In this document: piece by piece, positions 1 through 7,719 of the stretch
Layout: each line of letters opens with the position of its first letter
Position numbering within the stretch: the first letter of the stretch is position 1
NCBI GenBank assembly: GCA_942492055.1
Contig: CALODP010000004.1
Span: forward strand, 41,827-73,826
Length of the DNA: 32,000 bases
Direction: 5' to 3'
From: an uncultured Ignavibacteriales bacterium
Lineage (GTDB): Bacteria > Bacteroidota > Ignavibacteria > Ignavibacteriales > Melioribacteraceae
Position numbers and translations under genes: made by a program
Notes under the pieces: generated by a model
Databases searched by the model: none
What the model saw: the letters and a program-made list of their open reading frames with translations, nothing else
Told to the model about the DNA's origin: nothing

Positions 1-7
1 GGGAGCA

Positions 8-376
8 ATGAATATTTTTATAGCTGATGATTCGGATTTATTGCAGGAAAGACTCAAAAATCTACTTGAAGATTTGGAGGATATTACTATTATCGGAACC
101 GCAAATAATTCGTTGGAAGCCTTTGAAAAAATCTCAATAAATAAACCTGATGTTGCAATTCTTGATCTTAGAATGCCAGGAGGTGGAGGAATTGATCTGT
201 TGCAACAAATAAAGAACTATTACTCAGATGTTATTGTTATTATTTATACGAATTATCCTTATTCCCAGTATAGAGATCGCTGTCTAAAAGAAGGAGCCGA
301 TTACTTTTTGCATAAGGCTACGGAAACTGAGAAAATACCGGAAATTATAGGAAATATTAAAAATCGTAATAATTGA
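8..376 (+). CDS. stand-alone CheY-like receiver (REC) protein, no output domain
   Basis: 122-aa ORF with GGGAG upstream of the ATG. REC hallmarks are visible: acidic pair in IFIADDSD, phospho-acceptor context DVAILDLRMPG, conserved T in IIYTNY and K in FLHKA. The protein ends right after the REC fold. Confidence 0.85.
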   Translation: MNIFIADDSDLLQERLKNLLEDLEDITIIGTANNSLEAFEKISINKPDVAILDLRMPGGGGIDLLQQIKNYYSDVIVIIYTNYPYSQYRDRCLKEGADYFLHKATETEKIPEIIGNIKNRNN

Positions 377-399
377 CTCAATTCTAATGAGGGAGTATT

Positions 400-2319
400 A
401 TGAATGATCTCTTTGCAGTATTAGATAGCAATCTGACCCATAATGATAGTAGATTGGATATTATCTCTCACTTTGCCAACTCTTTATTTCATACTTCCTC
501 GGATGGAATTATTATTGCCAATAACGTTGGTAACATATTATTAGCAAATCATTCCATGCAATTATTCTCCGGTTTTGATGATAATGAATTAACACATTTT
601 AATATAACAGATATATTTCCTTCTTTGTTTGAATCCGCCCCTCACAAAAAAAATTATGTAAAAATGAAAGGTAAGGATAGAGAGGAATCTTGTGAGGTTA
701 TATCAATTTGTTATGATGATTATGAGTTAACCTATTATTTGATCCGACCGTTAATTCCTGAAAATAACGGAGCTCATTGGAAAGAGATCTTGGCCGTATT
801 GAACAATTATCCTGAAGTAATGTATGTTTGCGATCTTGATACATACGAAGTCCTATTTGTTAATGATTCTTTCGCGGAAAAATTGGGAACGAATCCGATT
901 GGAGAAAAATGTTATAAAGTATTTCAAAATTTCCAATCTCCCTGTCCCTTTTGTACTAATGAAAGGCTTAGAAAATCGAATGGGGAAGAGTATGTTTGGG
1001 AATATAATAATCCTGTTCTTAATAGAGACTATCTTCTTAGTGATCAATTGATAAAATGGCCTGATGGGAGAAATGTTCGTTTCGAAGTTGCTTTTGATAT
1101 TACTGAGCGAAAGATGATGGAGGGAAAATTAAGGGAAAGTGAAAATAACCTTAGAACAAGTCTGGAACGTTACGAATATCTTTTCGATTCGGCTGCTGTT
1201 GCCCTGTGGGAAATTGATTATCTGAAATTGGCCATGTGGATAGAAAATCTGAAGACTTTGGATATATTGGATATTGAGGAATACTTAATAGATAATAAAG
1301 AAGAGGTCTTAGCTCATCTTGCGGAAATTAATATCCTTGATGTCAATTCTGAATGTGTAGAAATATTTGAAGCCAGTTCTAAGCAAGAACTGATTACACG
1401 TCTGAATTCTCAAATGATTTCCGAGTCCTATGATATTTTAATTTCTCAAGTTATTTCTTTGTTTAATGGAAATAAATTATTTGAGGCTCCTTATACAATT
1501 AATATTTCCCAAAAGAAAAAAGTAGAAGTACAATTAAACATCTCATTCCCGAATGAGATTGAGAAATATAATTCTGTTCTCGTCTCTGCGGTAAATATAA
1601 ATGAAATAAAACGAAAGGAAAGAGAATTAAACGAATTATTGGAAAAATTAGAACGATCAAATAAAGAACTTGAACAATTTGCTTATGTCGCCTCACACGA
1701 TCTTCAAGAACCATTAAGAATGGTTGCAAGCTTTACTCAACTCCTGGAAAAGAAATATGGTGAGAGTTTGGATGATAGCGGAAAAGAATATATCTATTAT
1801 GCTGTTGATGGTGCAAATCGAATGCAGAGATTAATAAATGATTTGTTAGAGTATTCCAGGGTTTCAACAAAAGGAAGTCATTTCGAGGATATTGATTTAA
1901 CTAATGTAGTATCTCAGGCAATTGCAAATCTTCGGAAAAAAATCGAGGAAAGCAATGCGGTTATTGCTGTAGATGATCTGCCAAAGATAAACGGAGATCC
2001 GAATCAATTGATTCGCCTTTTCCAAAACCTGATTGATAATTCAATTAAATTTTGCAAAGAAGAATCCCCACTTATTTCCATTTCAGCCCAAAGAAACAAA
2101 AATAAATGGGCAATATCGGTAGCGGATAATGGAATTGGAATTGATGAAAAGTATAATGAGAAAATATTTCAAATCTTTCAAAGGCTTCATAGAAAGGAAG
2201 ATTATCCGGGAACAGGAATCGGACTTTCGATTTGTAAAAGAATTGTGGAAAGACACGGGGGAGATATCTGGGTAAAACCTAATGGGAATAAAGGAACTAC
2301 TTTTTCTTTTACGATATAA
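400..2319 (+). CDS. multi-PAS sensor histidine kinase (HisKA + HATPase_c)
   Basis: 639-aa ORF with GAGGGAG SD upstream. PAS/PAC-like segments end in DITERK. H-box FAYVASHDLQEPLRMV, N-box FQNLIDNSIKF, G1 DNGIGI, G2 GTGIGLSICKRIV. Confidence 0.9.
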   Translation: MNDLFAVLDSNLTHNDSRLDIISHFANSLFHTSSDGIIIANNVGNILLANHSMQLFSGFDDNELTHFNITDIFPSLFESAPHKKNYVKMKGKDREESCEVISICYDDYELTYYLIRPLIPENNGAHWKEILAVLNNYPEVMYVCDLDTYEVLFVNDSFAEKLGTNPIGEKCYKVFQNFQSPCPFCTNERLRKSNGEEYVWEYNNPVLNRDYLLSDQLIKWPDGRNVRFEVAFDITERKMMEGKLRESENNLRTSLERYEYLFDSAAVALWEIDYLKLAMWIENLKTLDILDIEEYLIDNKEEVLAHLAEINILDVNSECVEIFEASSKQELITRLNSQMISESYDILISQVISLFNGNKLFEAPYTINISQKKKVEVQLNISFPNEIEKYNSVLVSAVNINEIKRKERELNELLEKLERSNKELEQFAYVASHDLQEPLRMVASFTQLLEKKYGESLDDSGKEYIYYAVDGANRMQRLINDLLEYSRVSTKGSHFEDIDLTNVVSQAIANLRKKIEESNAVIAVDDLPKINGDPNQLIRLFQNLIDNSIKFCKEESPLISISAQRNKNKWAISVADNGIGIDEKYNEKIFQIFQRLHRKEDYPGTGIGLSICKRIVERHGGDIWVKPNGNKGTTFSFTI

Positions 2320-2331
2320 TTTGAGGGAAAT

Positions 2332-2790
2332 ATGAACTACAGTGAATTCGTAAAACCCATCGAAATCCTTCTGGTTGAAGATAATCCGGGAGATGCTCGC
2401 CTTGCTAAAGAAGCTTTAAATGATAGCAAATTGAATAACAGATTACATTGGGTAGAAGATGGGGAAGAAGCTATGAAGTTTCTTTTGAAGCAAGATGCGT
2501 TTGGTAATTCTCCGAGACCCGATCTTATTCTCCTCGATCTTAATCTTCCGAAAAAAGATGGTAGAGAAGTTCTAATGGATATCAAATCCAATGAGAACCT
2601 GAAAAGAATCCCTGTTGTTGTTTTGACAATATCCAAAGCAGAAGAAGATATTTTACGATCCTATAATCTGCATGCTAATTGTTTTATTACCAAACCAATT
2701 GATTTGACCCAATTTATTAAGGTTGTTAAATCAATCGAAGATTTTTGGCTGACTATTGTAAAACTTCCCCCTAATGGGTTATCAAAATGA
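2332..2790 (+). CDS. single-domain response regulator (Rcp1-like VEDNPGD receiver)
   Basis: 152-aa ORF with GAGGGA SD. Motifs LLVEDNPGD, ILLDLNLPKKDG (phospho-acceptor Asp), VVVLTIS and CFITKP. No output domain. Confidence 0.85.
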   Translation: MNYSEFVKPIEILLVEDNPGDARLAKEALNDSKLNNRLHWVEDGEEAMKFLLKQDAFGNSPRPDLILLDLNLPKKDGREVLMDIKSNENLKRIPVVVLTISKAEEDILRSYNLHANCFITKPIDLTQFIKVVKSIEDFWLTIVKLPPNGLSK

Positions 2791-4184
2791 TTTTAAAAAG
2801 CATAAAAGTTCTTGTCGTTGAAGATAATCCGGGGGATGCTTTGTTGATTGAGGAAATGTTAAAGGAAGTAAATTCCTCAAATCCTTTTGAGACAAAGTCT
2901 GTTGCCCTTCTTTCGGAAGCATTGAAGTTATTAAATTCAGAGGAGTTTCAAGTTGTTCTTCTTGATCTTAATCTTCCGGATAGTAATGGATTCGATACCT
3001 TTAATACAATTAATAATCTTGGTGGTAATTACCCTATTATTATTTTAACAGGAATCTCTAACGAAGATCTTGGACATACAATTGTTCGTATGGGAGCACA
3101 AGATTATTTGCAAAAGGGAAGTGTTGATTCCGAATTATTAAGTAGAACTATAAGATATTCAATTGAAAGAACATGGCTTAGAAAACGAATGTCTGAAAAT
3201 GAGCTTAAATTCAGACGCTTATTCGATTATTCTCGCGATGCTATTATTATTATCGATTCAAGAGGAATAATAATAGATTCGAATAATTCTATGAATTCAC
3301 TTGTCGGATATTCCGGACTAGAATTAATTGGAAAAGAATTAGTAGGGTTTATTTCTCCAAAGGATGAATTCCCTGGAATCATTGATGAAATTCTTTCCAA
3401 TGGATATGCCCGCTTCGAAACAAATTTACTAGCTTCAGGTAATATGCCATATCATATTGAAGTCTCCGCAAACACTTTCAAAATTGGTGATGTAACAAAT
3501 ATACAATTTATCATTAGAGATATATCCGAAAGAAAGATTGCCGAAAAGAAAATGAATCAATCCCTAAAAGAAAAGGAACTTCTTCTTAAAGAGATACATC
3601 ATCGGGTTAAGAATAATCTTCAGATTGTTTCCAGCCTTTTGAATTTACAGGTAGCCAAGTTTCCGCAAAAGGAATTAAAGGAGGCATTAAAAGAGAGCCA
3701 GAATAGAATCAGAACAATGGCATTGGTTCATCAGAATTTGTATCAATCCGAAGATATTGCCTATGTAGGCTTCGAAGATTATTTGAAGAAAGTATGTCAA
3801 GGACTGTTTCGTAGTTTTGGAGCTAATAGTGATAAAATTAAACTGATTGTTAACAATGGTAAGGTAAAGCTGGGAATTGATTACGCTATCCCATGTGGAC
3901 TTATTGTAAATGAGTTGCTTTCCAATTCTTTAAAGCACGCCTTTAAAAATCAAGATGAAGGAGAAATTATCGTCTCTCTTTATCGGGAAGAAAATAACAT
4001 TATCTTATCTGTTCAAGATAACGGAACACCTTTATTATTGGAGCATTCCTTAATGGATTCGGATTCATTGGGTTTGCAATTGGTTAAAATTATTGCAGAA
4101 GATCAATTGTACGGCAATATTGCAGTGGATACAAGTTCCGGAACTAAAATAGTAATTACTTTCTCGGAAAGAAAAATATCATGA
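2787..4184 (+). CDS. REC-PAS-HisKA_2-type histidine kinase (hybrid)
   Basis: 465-aa ORF whose ATG overlaps the upstream stop (ATGA at 2787-2790). REC motifs VLVVEDNPGD and VLLDLNLPDSNG. A PAS segment ends in IRDISERK. H-box HHRVKNNLQIVSSLLNLQ is typical of HisKA_2/HWE-like kinases. ATP-lid motifs NELLSNSLKHAF and LGLQLV. Confidence 0.85.
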   Translation: MILKSIKVLVVEDNPGDALLIEEMLKEVNSSNPFETKSVALLSEALKLLNSEEFQVVLLDLNLPDSNGFDTFNTINNLGGNYPIIILTGISNEDLGHTIVRMGAQDYLQKGSVDSELLSRTIRYSIERTWLRKRMSENELKFRRLFDYSRDAIIIIDSRGIIIDSNNSMNSLVGYSGLELIGKELVGFISPKDEFPGIIDEILSNGYARFETNLLASGNMPYHIEVSANTFKIGDVTNIQFIIRDISERKIAEKKMNQSLKEKELLLKEIHHRVKNNLQIVSSLLNLQVAKFPQKELKEALKESQNRIRTMALVHQNLYQSEDIAYVGFEDYLKKVCQGLFRSFGANSDKIKLIVNNGKVKLGIDYAIPCGLIVNELLSNSLKHAFKNQDEGEIIVSLYREENNIILSVQDNGTPLLLEHSLMDSDSLGLQLVKIIAEDQLYGNIAVDTSSGTKIVITFSERKIS

Positions 4185-6889
4185 AAACAAGAATTCAAAT
4201 AGTCGAGGATGAACGAATCACTGCCGAAGATATTAAACAAACCCTCGAAAGCTTCGGTTATGTTGTTACTTCTATTGTTTCGGATGGAGAAACTGCCATT
4301 AAGAATGCGGTAAAGGATAAACCATCATTGATTCTGATGGATATTGTTTTAAAAGGATCTTTAACCGGAATTGATGTTGCCAGAAAGTTAAAAGAAAAAT
4401 ATAATATTCCGATTGTTTATTTGACAGCTTATTCCGATGAAGAAACTCTTAAATCCGCGAAACTTACCGAACCTTACGGTTATATTCTGAAACCTTTTGA
4501 AGAGAGAGAACTATATTCCAATATTGAAATGGCTCTCTTTAAAAACGAAATGGAAAATAAACTTCTCCACATTAATTCTATTCTGAAGGCGATCCGTGAA
4601 ATTAATCATGTGATTGTAGTTGAAAAAGAAATTGAGACTTTAATTAAGCGTACTGTCGATATACTTATAGAACCGGATGATTATTTTGCCGCGATGATTA
4701 TCGGAATTGATAATTCGGATATAATTCGAGTCAATGAATTCTCTTTCAAAGAAAAACTCTTCGACAGAGTTATTACTGATTTAAAAAACAATAATCTTCC
4801 GAAATTTGTAAAAATTGCATTTGAAAGTGATGAGATTCAAATTTTCCCCGGAATTATCCAAACAGATGATTTAACGCTCGGAATTGTTCTTAAGAAGATA
4901 AAAATTAGTAACGAGATAACAGGTGTGTTGGGAATATATACAAAAGATTCCTTTTTATATGACAGAGAATCTTTAGGGCTCTTTGAGGAGATTGTGAATG
5001 ATATTAATTTTGCTTTTAAAGATATCGAACATCGTAAAGAAAGAGCTCAGATAGAAAAAGCGATTTTTGATCAAAAAAAATTTTTGGAGAGTGTCCTCAA
5101 TTCTCTCACACATCCGTTTATGGTTATTGACCCTAATGATAAATCAATTATTCTGGCAAATAACGCCGCTAAAGGGGAAGATACTATTGTCGGGGCGAAA
5201 TGCTTCTCTGTTAGCCATAATTACGATGATCCGTGTTATAATCATGGCGAATTATGCCCGATGCAAGAAGTATTAAAAACTGGAAAACCCTTTTCTTTGG
5301 AACATATCCATTGGGACTCAAATAGACAAAAAAGAATTGTTGAAGTTAATATGTATCCCATATTTGATGAGAATAATAACATCATCAGCCTTATTGAATA
5401 CAATTATGATATAACAGAAAAAAAATCCCTCCAAGTTAGTTTTTCTAATTTTATAGAGCAATCTAACGAGGCTATCTTTATTCTTGAAAATAATCATCTC
5501 AAACTTGTAAATAAAAGAATGGTGGAAATATTTGGCTACGATAAAGAATTGTTAGAAACTGATAAGTTTAATATCATGTTGTTAATATCTCCTAAAAATC
5601 GCGGGTTTATAAAAACTCTCCTTGAAAGAGAAAGAGAAGGGAAATTTATTTATGAATTTACAGGATTAAACTCTGTCGGGAATGAGATTGAATGTGAAGT
5701 TTCCGTTTCCAGAATCGCGGATCGGGATGGATTAATCACTTTGGGAATTATTCGTGATATTACCGAAAAGAAAGATTTTATTAAAAGACTCGAAGAAAGT
5801 GAGGAAAGATTCCGAAGCCTTTATGAAAATGCTACGGTTGGTATATATAGAACAACTCCGGACGGTCAGGTTATTCTTGCTAATCCGGAACTAATTAAAA
5901 TGCTTGGGTATAAAAAAATTGAGGACATTACTAAAAGAAAAGTTGAGGATATGTTCTTCAATAAAGATGATCGAAATGAGTTTAAAAATATTATCGAAAA
6001 CGAAGGAGTAATATACGGATATGAAGTGAAATGGGAAAAAGCGGATGGATCTTTAATTCTTGTTCAGGAAAGCGCAAAATGTATTAGAGATTCGGACGGA
6101 AATGTTTTATTCTACGAGGGAGTGGTTGAAGATATTACCGAACGTAAAAGAATGGAGGAAGAGTTAATAAAAGCGAAAGAACAAGCCGAGAAAATGGATA
6201 GATTAAAATCGGAATTCCTTGCTCAAGTCTCTCATGAAATTCGTACTCCTATTAACGCTATTATTTCTTTTGCCGATCTTATCAAATCCGAAGTTGAAGG
6301 ACGAATTGAGGATGATCTGCTTAAAAGCTTTTCTATTATTGATTCTTCCGGTAGAAGAATAACTCGTACCGTTGATCTGATACTAAATATGTCGCAATTA
6401 CAAACCGGGACATATAATTATACTCCCGCGAAGTTTGATGTTTATCTTTTCGTATTGCGTAAATTAATTTTGGAATACCAAACTCAAAGTGACAAGAAAC
6501 ATCTTACGGTCAATTTAATTAAGAATACTGATGATTGTGAGATTTTTGCGGAAGAATATAGCGTTTATCATATTATGAAAAATCTTATTGAGAACGCAAT
6601 TAAATATACAAACGAAGGAAAGATAGATATAGTAATAACTGTTGATGAAAATAATAATCTCGTTGTTAGTGTTTCCGATACCGGTATTGGGATCTCAAAA
6701 GAATTTATGCCCAAATTGTTCGATCCTTTTACTCAGGAAGACGAAGGTTATTCTCGTAAATATGAAGGGAACGGATTGGGATTAGCTCTCGTTAAAAGAT
6801 TCTGCCAATTAAATAATGCTGAGATAAAAGTCGATAGCGAAAAGGGAAAAGGGTCTGTGTTTACCGTTATTTTCCAGAAGAATAAATAA
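4181..6889 (+). CDS. hybrid sensor kinase: REC, GAF-like region, three PAS segments, HisKA, HATPase_c
   Basis: 902-aa ORF whose ATG overlaps the upstream stop (ATGA at 4181-4184). REC motifs IQIVEDE, ILMDIVLKG, VYLTAYSD and YILKPF. PAS segments end in YDITEKK, IRDITEKK and VEDITERK. H-box SHEIRTPINAI, N-box NLIENAIKYT, G1 DTGIGI, G2 GNGLGLALV. Confidence 0.9.
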   Translation: MKTRIQIVEDERITAEDIKQTLESFGYVVTSIVSDGETAIKNAVKDKPSLILMDIVLKGSLTGIDVARKLKEKYNIPIVYLTAYSDEETLKSAKLTEPYGYILKPFEERELYSNIEMALFKNEMENKLLHINSILKAIREINHVIVVEKEIETLIKRTVDILIEPDDYFAAMIIGIDNSDIIRVNEFSFKEKLFDRVITDLKNNNLPKFVKIAFESDEIQIFPGIIQTDDLTLGIVLKKIKISNEITGVLGIYTKDSFLYDRESLGLFEEIVNDINFAFKDIEHRKERAQIEKAIFDQKKFLESVLNSLTHPFMVIDPNDKSIILANNAAKGEDTIVGAKCFSVSHNYDDPCYNHGELCPMQEVLKTGKPFSLEHIHWDSNRQKRIVEVNMYPIFDENNNIISLIEYNYDITEKKSLQVSFSNFIEQSNEAIFILENNHLKLVNKRMVEIFGYDKELLETDKFNIMLLISPKNRGFIKTLLEREREGKFIYEFTGLNSVGNEIECEVSVSRIADRDGLITLGIIRDITEKKDFIKRLEESEERFRSLYENATVGIYRTTPDGQVILANPELIKMLGYKKIEDITKRKVEDMFFNKDDRNEFKNIIENEGVIYGYEVKWEKADGSLILVQESAKCIRDSDGNVLFYEGVVEDITERKRMEEELIKAKEQAEKMDRLKSEFLAQVSHEIRTPINAIISFADLIKSEVEGRIEDDLLKSFSIIDSSGRRITRTVDLILNMSQLQTGTYNYTPAKFDVYLFVLRKLILEYQTQSDKKHLTVNLIKNTDDCEIFAEEYSVYHIMKNLIENAIKYTNEGKIDIVITVDENNNLVVSVSDTGIGISKEFMPKLFDPFTQEDEGYSRKYEGNGLGLALVKRFCQLNNAEIKVDSEKGKGSVFTVIFQKNK

Positions 6890-6980
6890 TTCATCTCTTA
6901 GGTTTCTTTTCATTTTATCTCTATTATTTCTTATTTTCCGTATATGCTGAAAAATGTCTTAATCCTCTTGAGGTATCCGC

Positions 6981-7718
6981 TTGAAAGGAAATATCTTTGA
7001 TATTAAAAGATTCGCTCTCCATGATGGCCCAGGTATTCGTACAACTTGTTTTTTTTACGGATGTCCCCTTAAATGTAAATGGTGCCACAATCCAGAAGCT
7101 TTTCTTGATTCTACTTTAGTAAAAAAGTATTCGATTGATGAATTGTCAGCTGAGTTACTGAAAGATTCCATATTCTTCGAAGAATCGGGAGGGGGGATTA
7201 CTTTCTCCGGTGGGGAGCCTCTATTGCAATTTGATTTTCTGCTCGGGATGCTAAAAAGATTAAAGGCTGATGATATTCATATTGCCGTTGATACTACGGG
7301 CTATACTGATTTCTCAAATCTGGAAAGAATTATCCCATATACAGATCTCTTTTTATACGATATTAAAATCATTGATTTTAGTCTTCACGAAAGATATACC
7401 GGAGTTAGTAGTACTCAAATTATGCAAAACTTTTTCAGGCTCGCAAAACTCAATGTAGATCTTAGAATCAGAATTCCTCTTATCCCTGAAGTTTCCGATA
7501 CCATGATTAATCTCAAAAAGGTTATATACGCTCTTCAGAAAAATAATATAAAATATCCGATTGATTTATTGCCATTTAACGAATTGGCCGAATCTAAATA
7601 CGAAAGATTTAATATTCCTCTTAAACTAAAAGAAAAGAAAACCCAATCACCCGAAACTCTCGATCGAATCAAAAAGCTCTTTATTGATAACGATTTCGAA
7701 GTTACTATCGGAGGTTAA
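6981..7718 (+). CDS. glycyl-radical-enzyme activating enzyme (radical SAM, short PflA-like form)
   Basis: 245-aa ORF with a TTG start and GAGGT SD 7 nt upstream. The N-terminus IFDIKRFALHDGPGIRTTCFFYGCPLKCKWCHNPE is the classic GRE-activase signature with a CX3CX2C cluster motif. The SAM-binding GGEP motif is present (FSGGEPLL). There are only 4 Cys in the whole protein. Confidence 0.85.
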   Translation: MKGNIFDIKRFALHDGPGIRTTCFFYGCPLKCKWCHNPEAFLDSTLVKKYSIDELSAELLKDSIFFEESGGGITFSGGEPLLQFDFLLGMLKRLKADDIHIAVDTTGYTDFSNLERIIPYTDLFLYDIKIIDFSLHERYTGVSSTQIMQNFFRLAKLNVDLRIRIPLIPEVSDTMINLKKVIYALQKNNIKYPIDLLPFNELAESKYERFNIPLKLKEKKTQSPETLDRIKKLFIDNDFEVTIGG

Positions 7719-7719
7719 T

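Noticed and set aside
824-1051. Short ORFs from the six-frame track nested in or antisense to large genes. Examples: 824-1051, 853-1047, 1499-1729, 2337-2636, 5067-5276, 7270-7458, 7798-7983, 8790-8981, 9178-9414, 9637-9921, the similar ones inside 10106-11422, 12378-13655, 13845-17667, 22783-25446 and 25931-31633, and also 20377-20637.
   Set aside because: All lie inside longer ORFs that have clear domain signatures. Their translations are low-complexity (I/F/K/N-rich), as expected from AT-rich DNA. None has an SD or any recognisable motif.
5073-5085. Homopolymer tracts inside coding regions as phase-variation switches: A8T5 at 5073-5085 in the hybrid kinase, T8 at 7049-7056 in the activase, and the A8 in codons 81-84 of kinase 1 (about nt 642-651).
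   Set aside because: Runs of 8 are common in a genome this AT-rich, all are currently in frame, and there is no population data showing length variation.
7684-7719. Track start of the GRE at 7684 (TTG), overlapping the activase gene by 35 nt.
   Set aside because: The ATG at 7720 has a GGAGG SD 5 nt upstream and gives the N-terminus MNNRIMKLREE..., where similarity to GRE N-termini begins. The 12 extra residues look like read-through of the activase 3' end in another frame.
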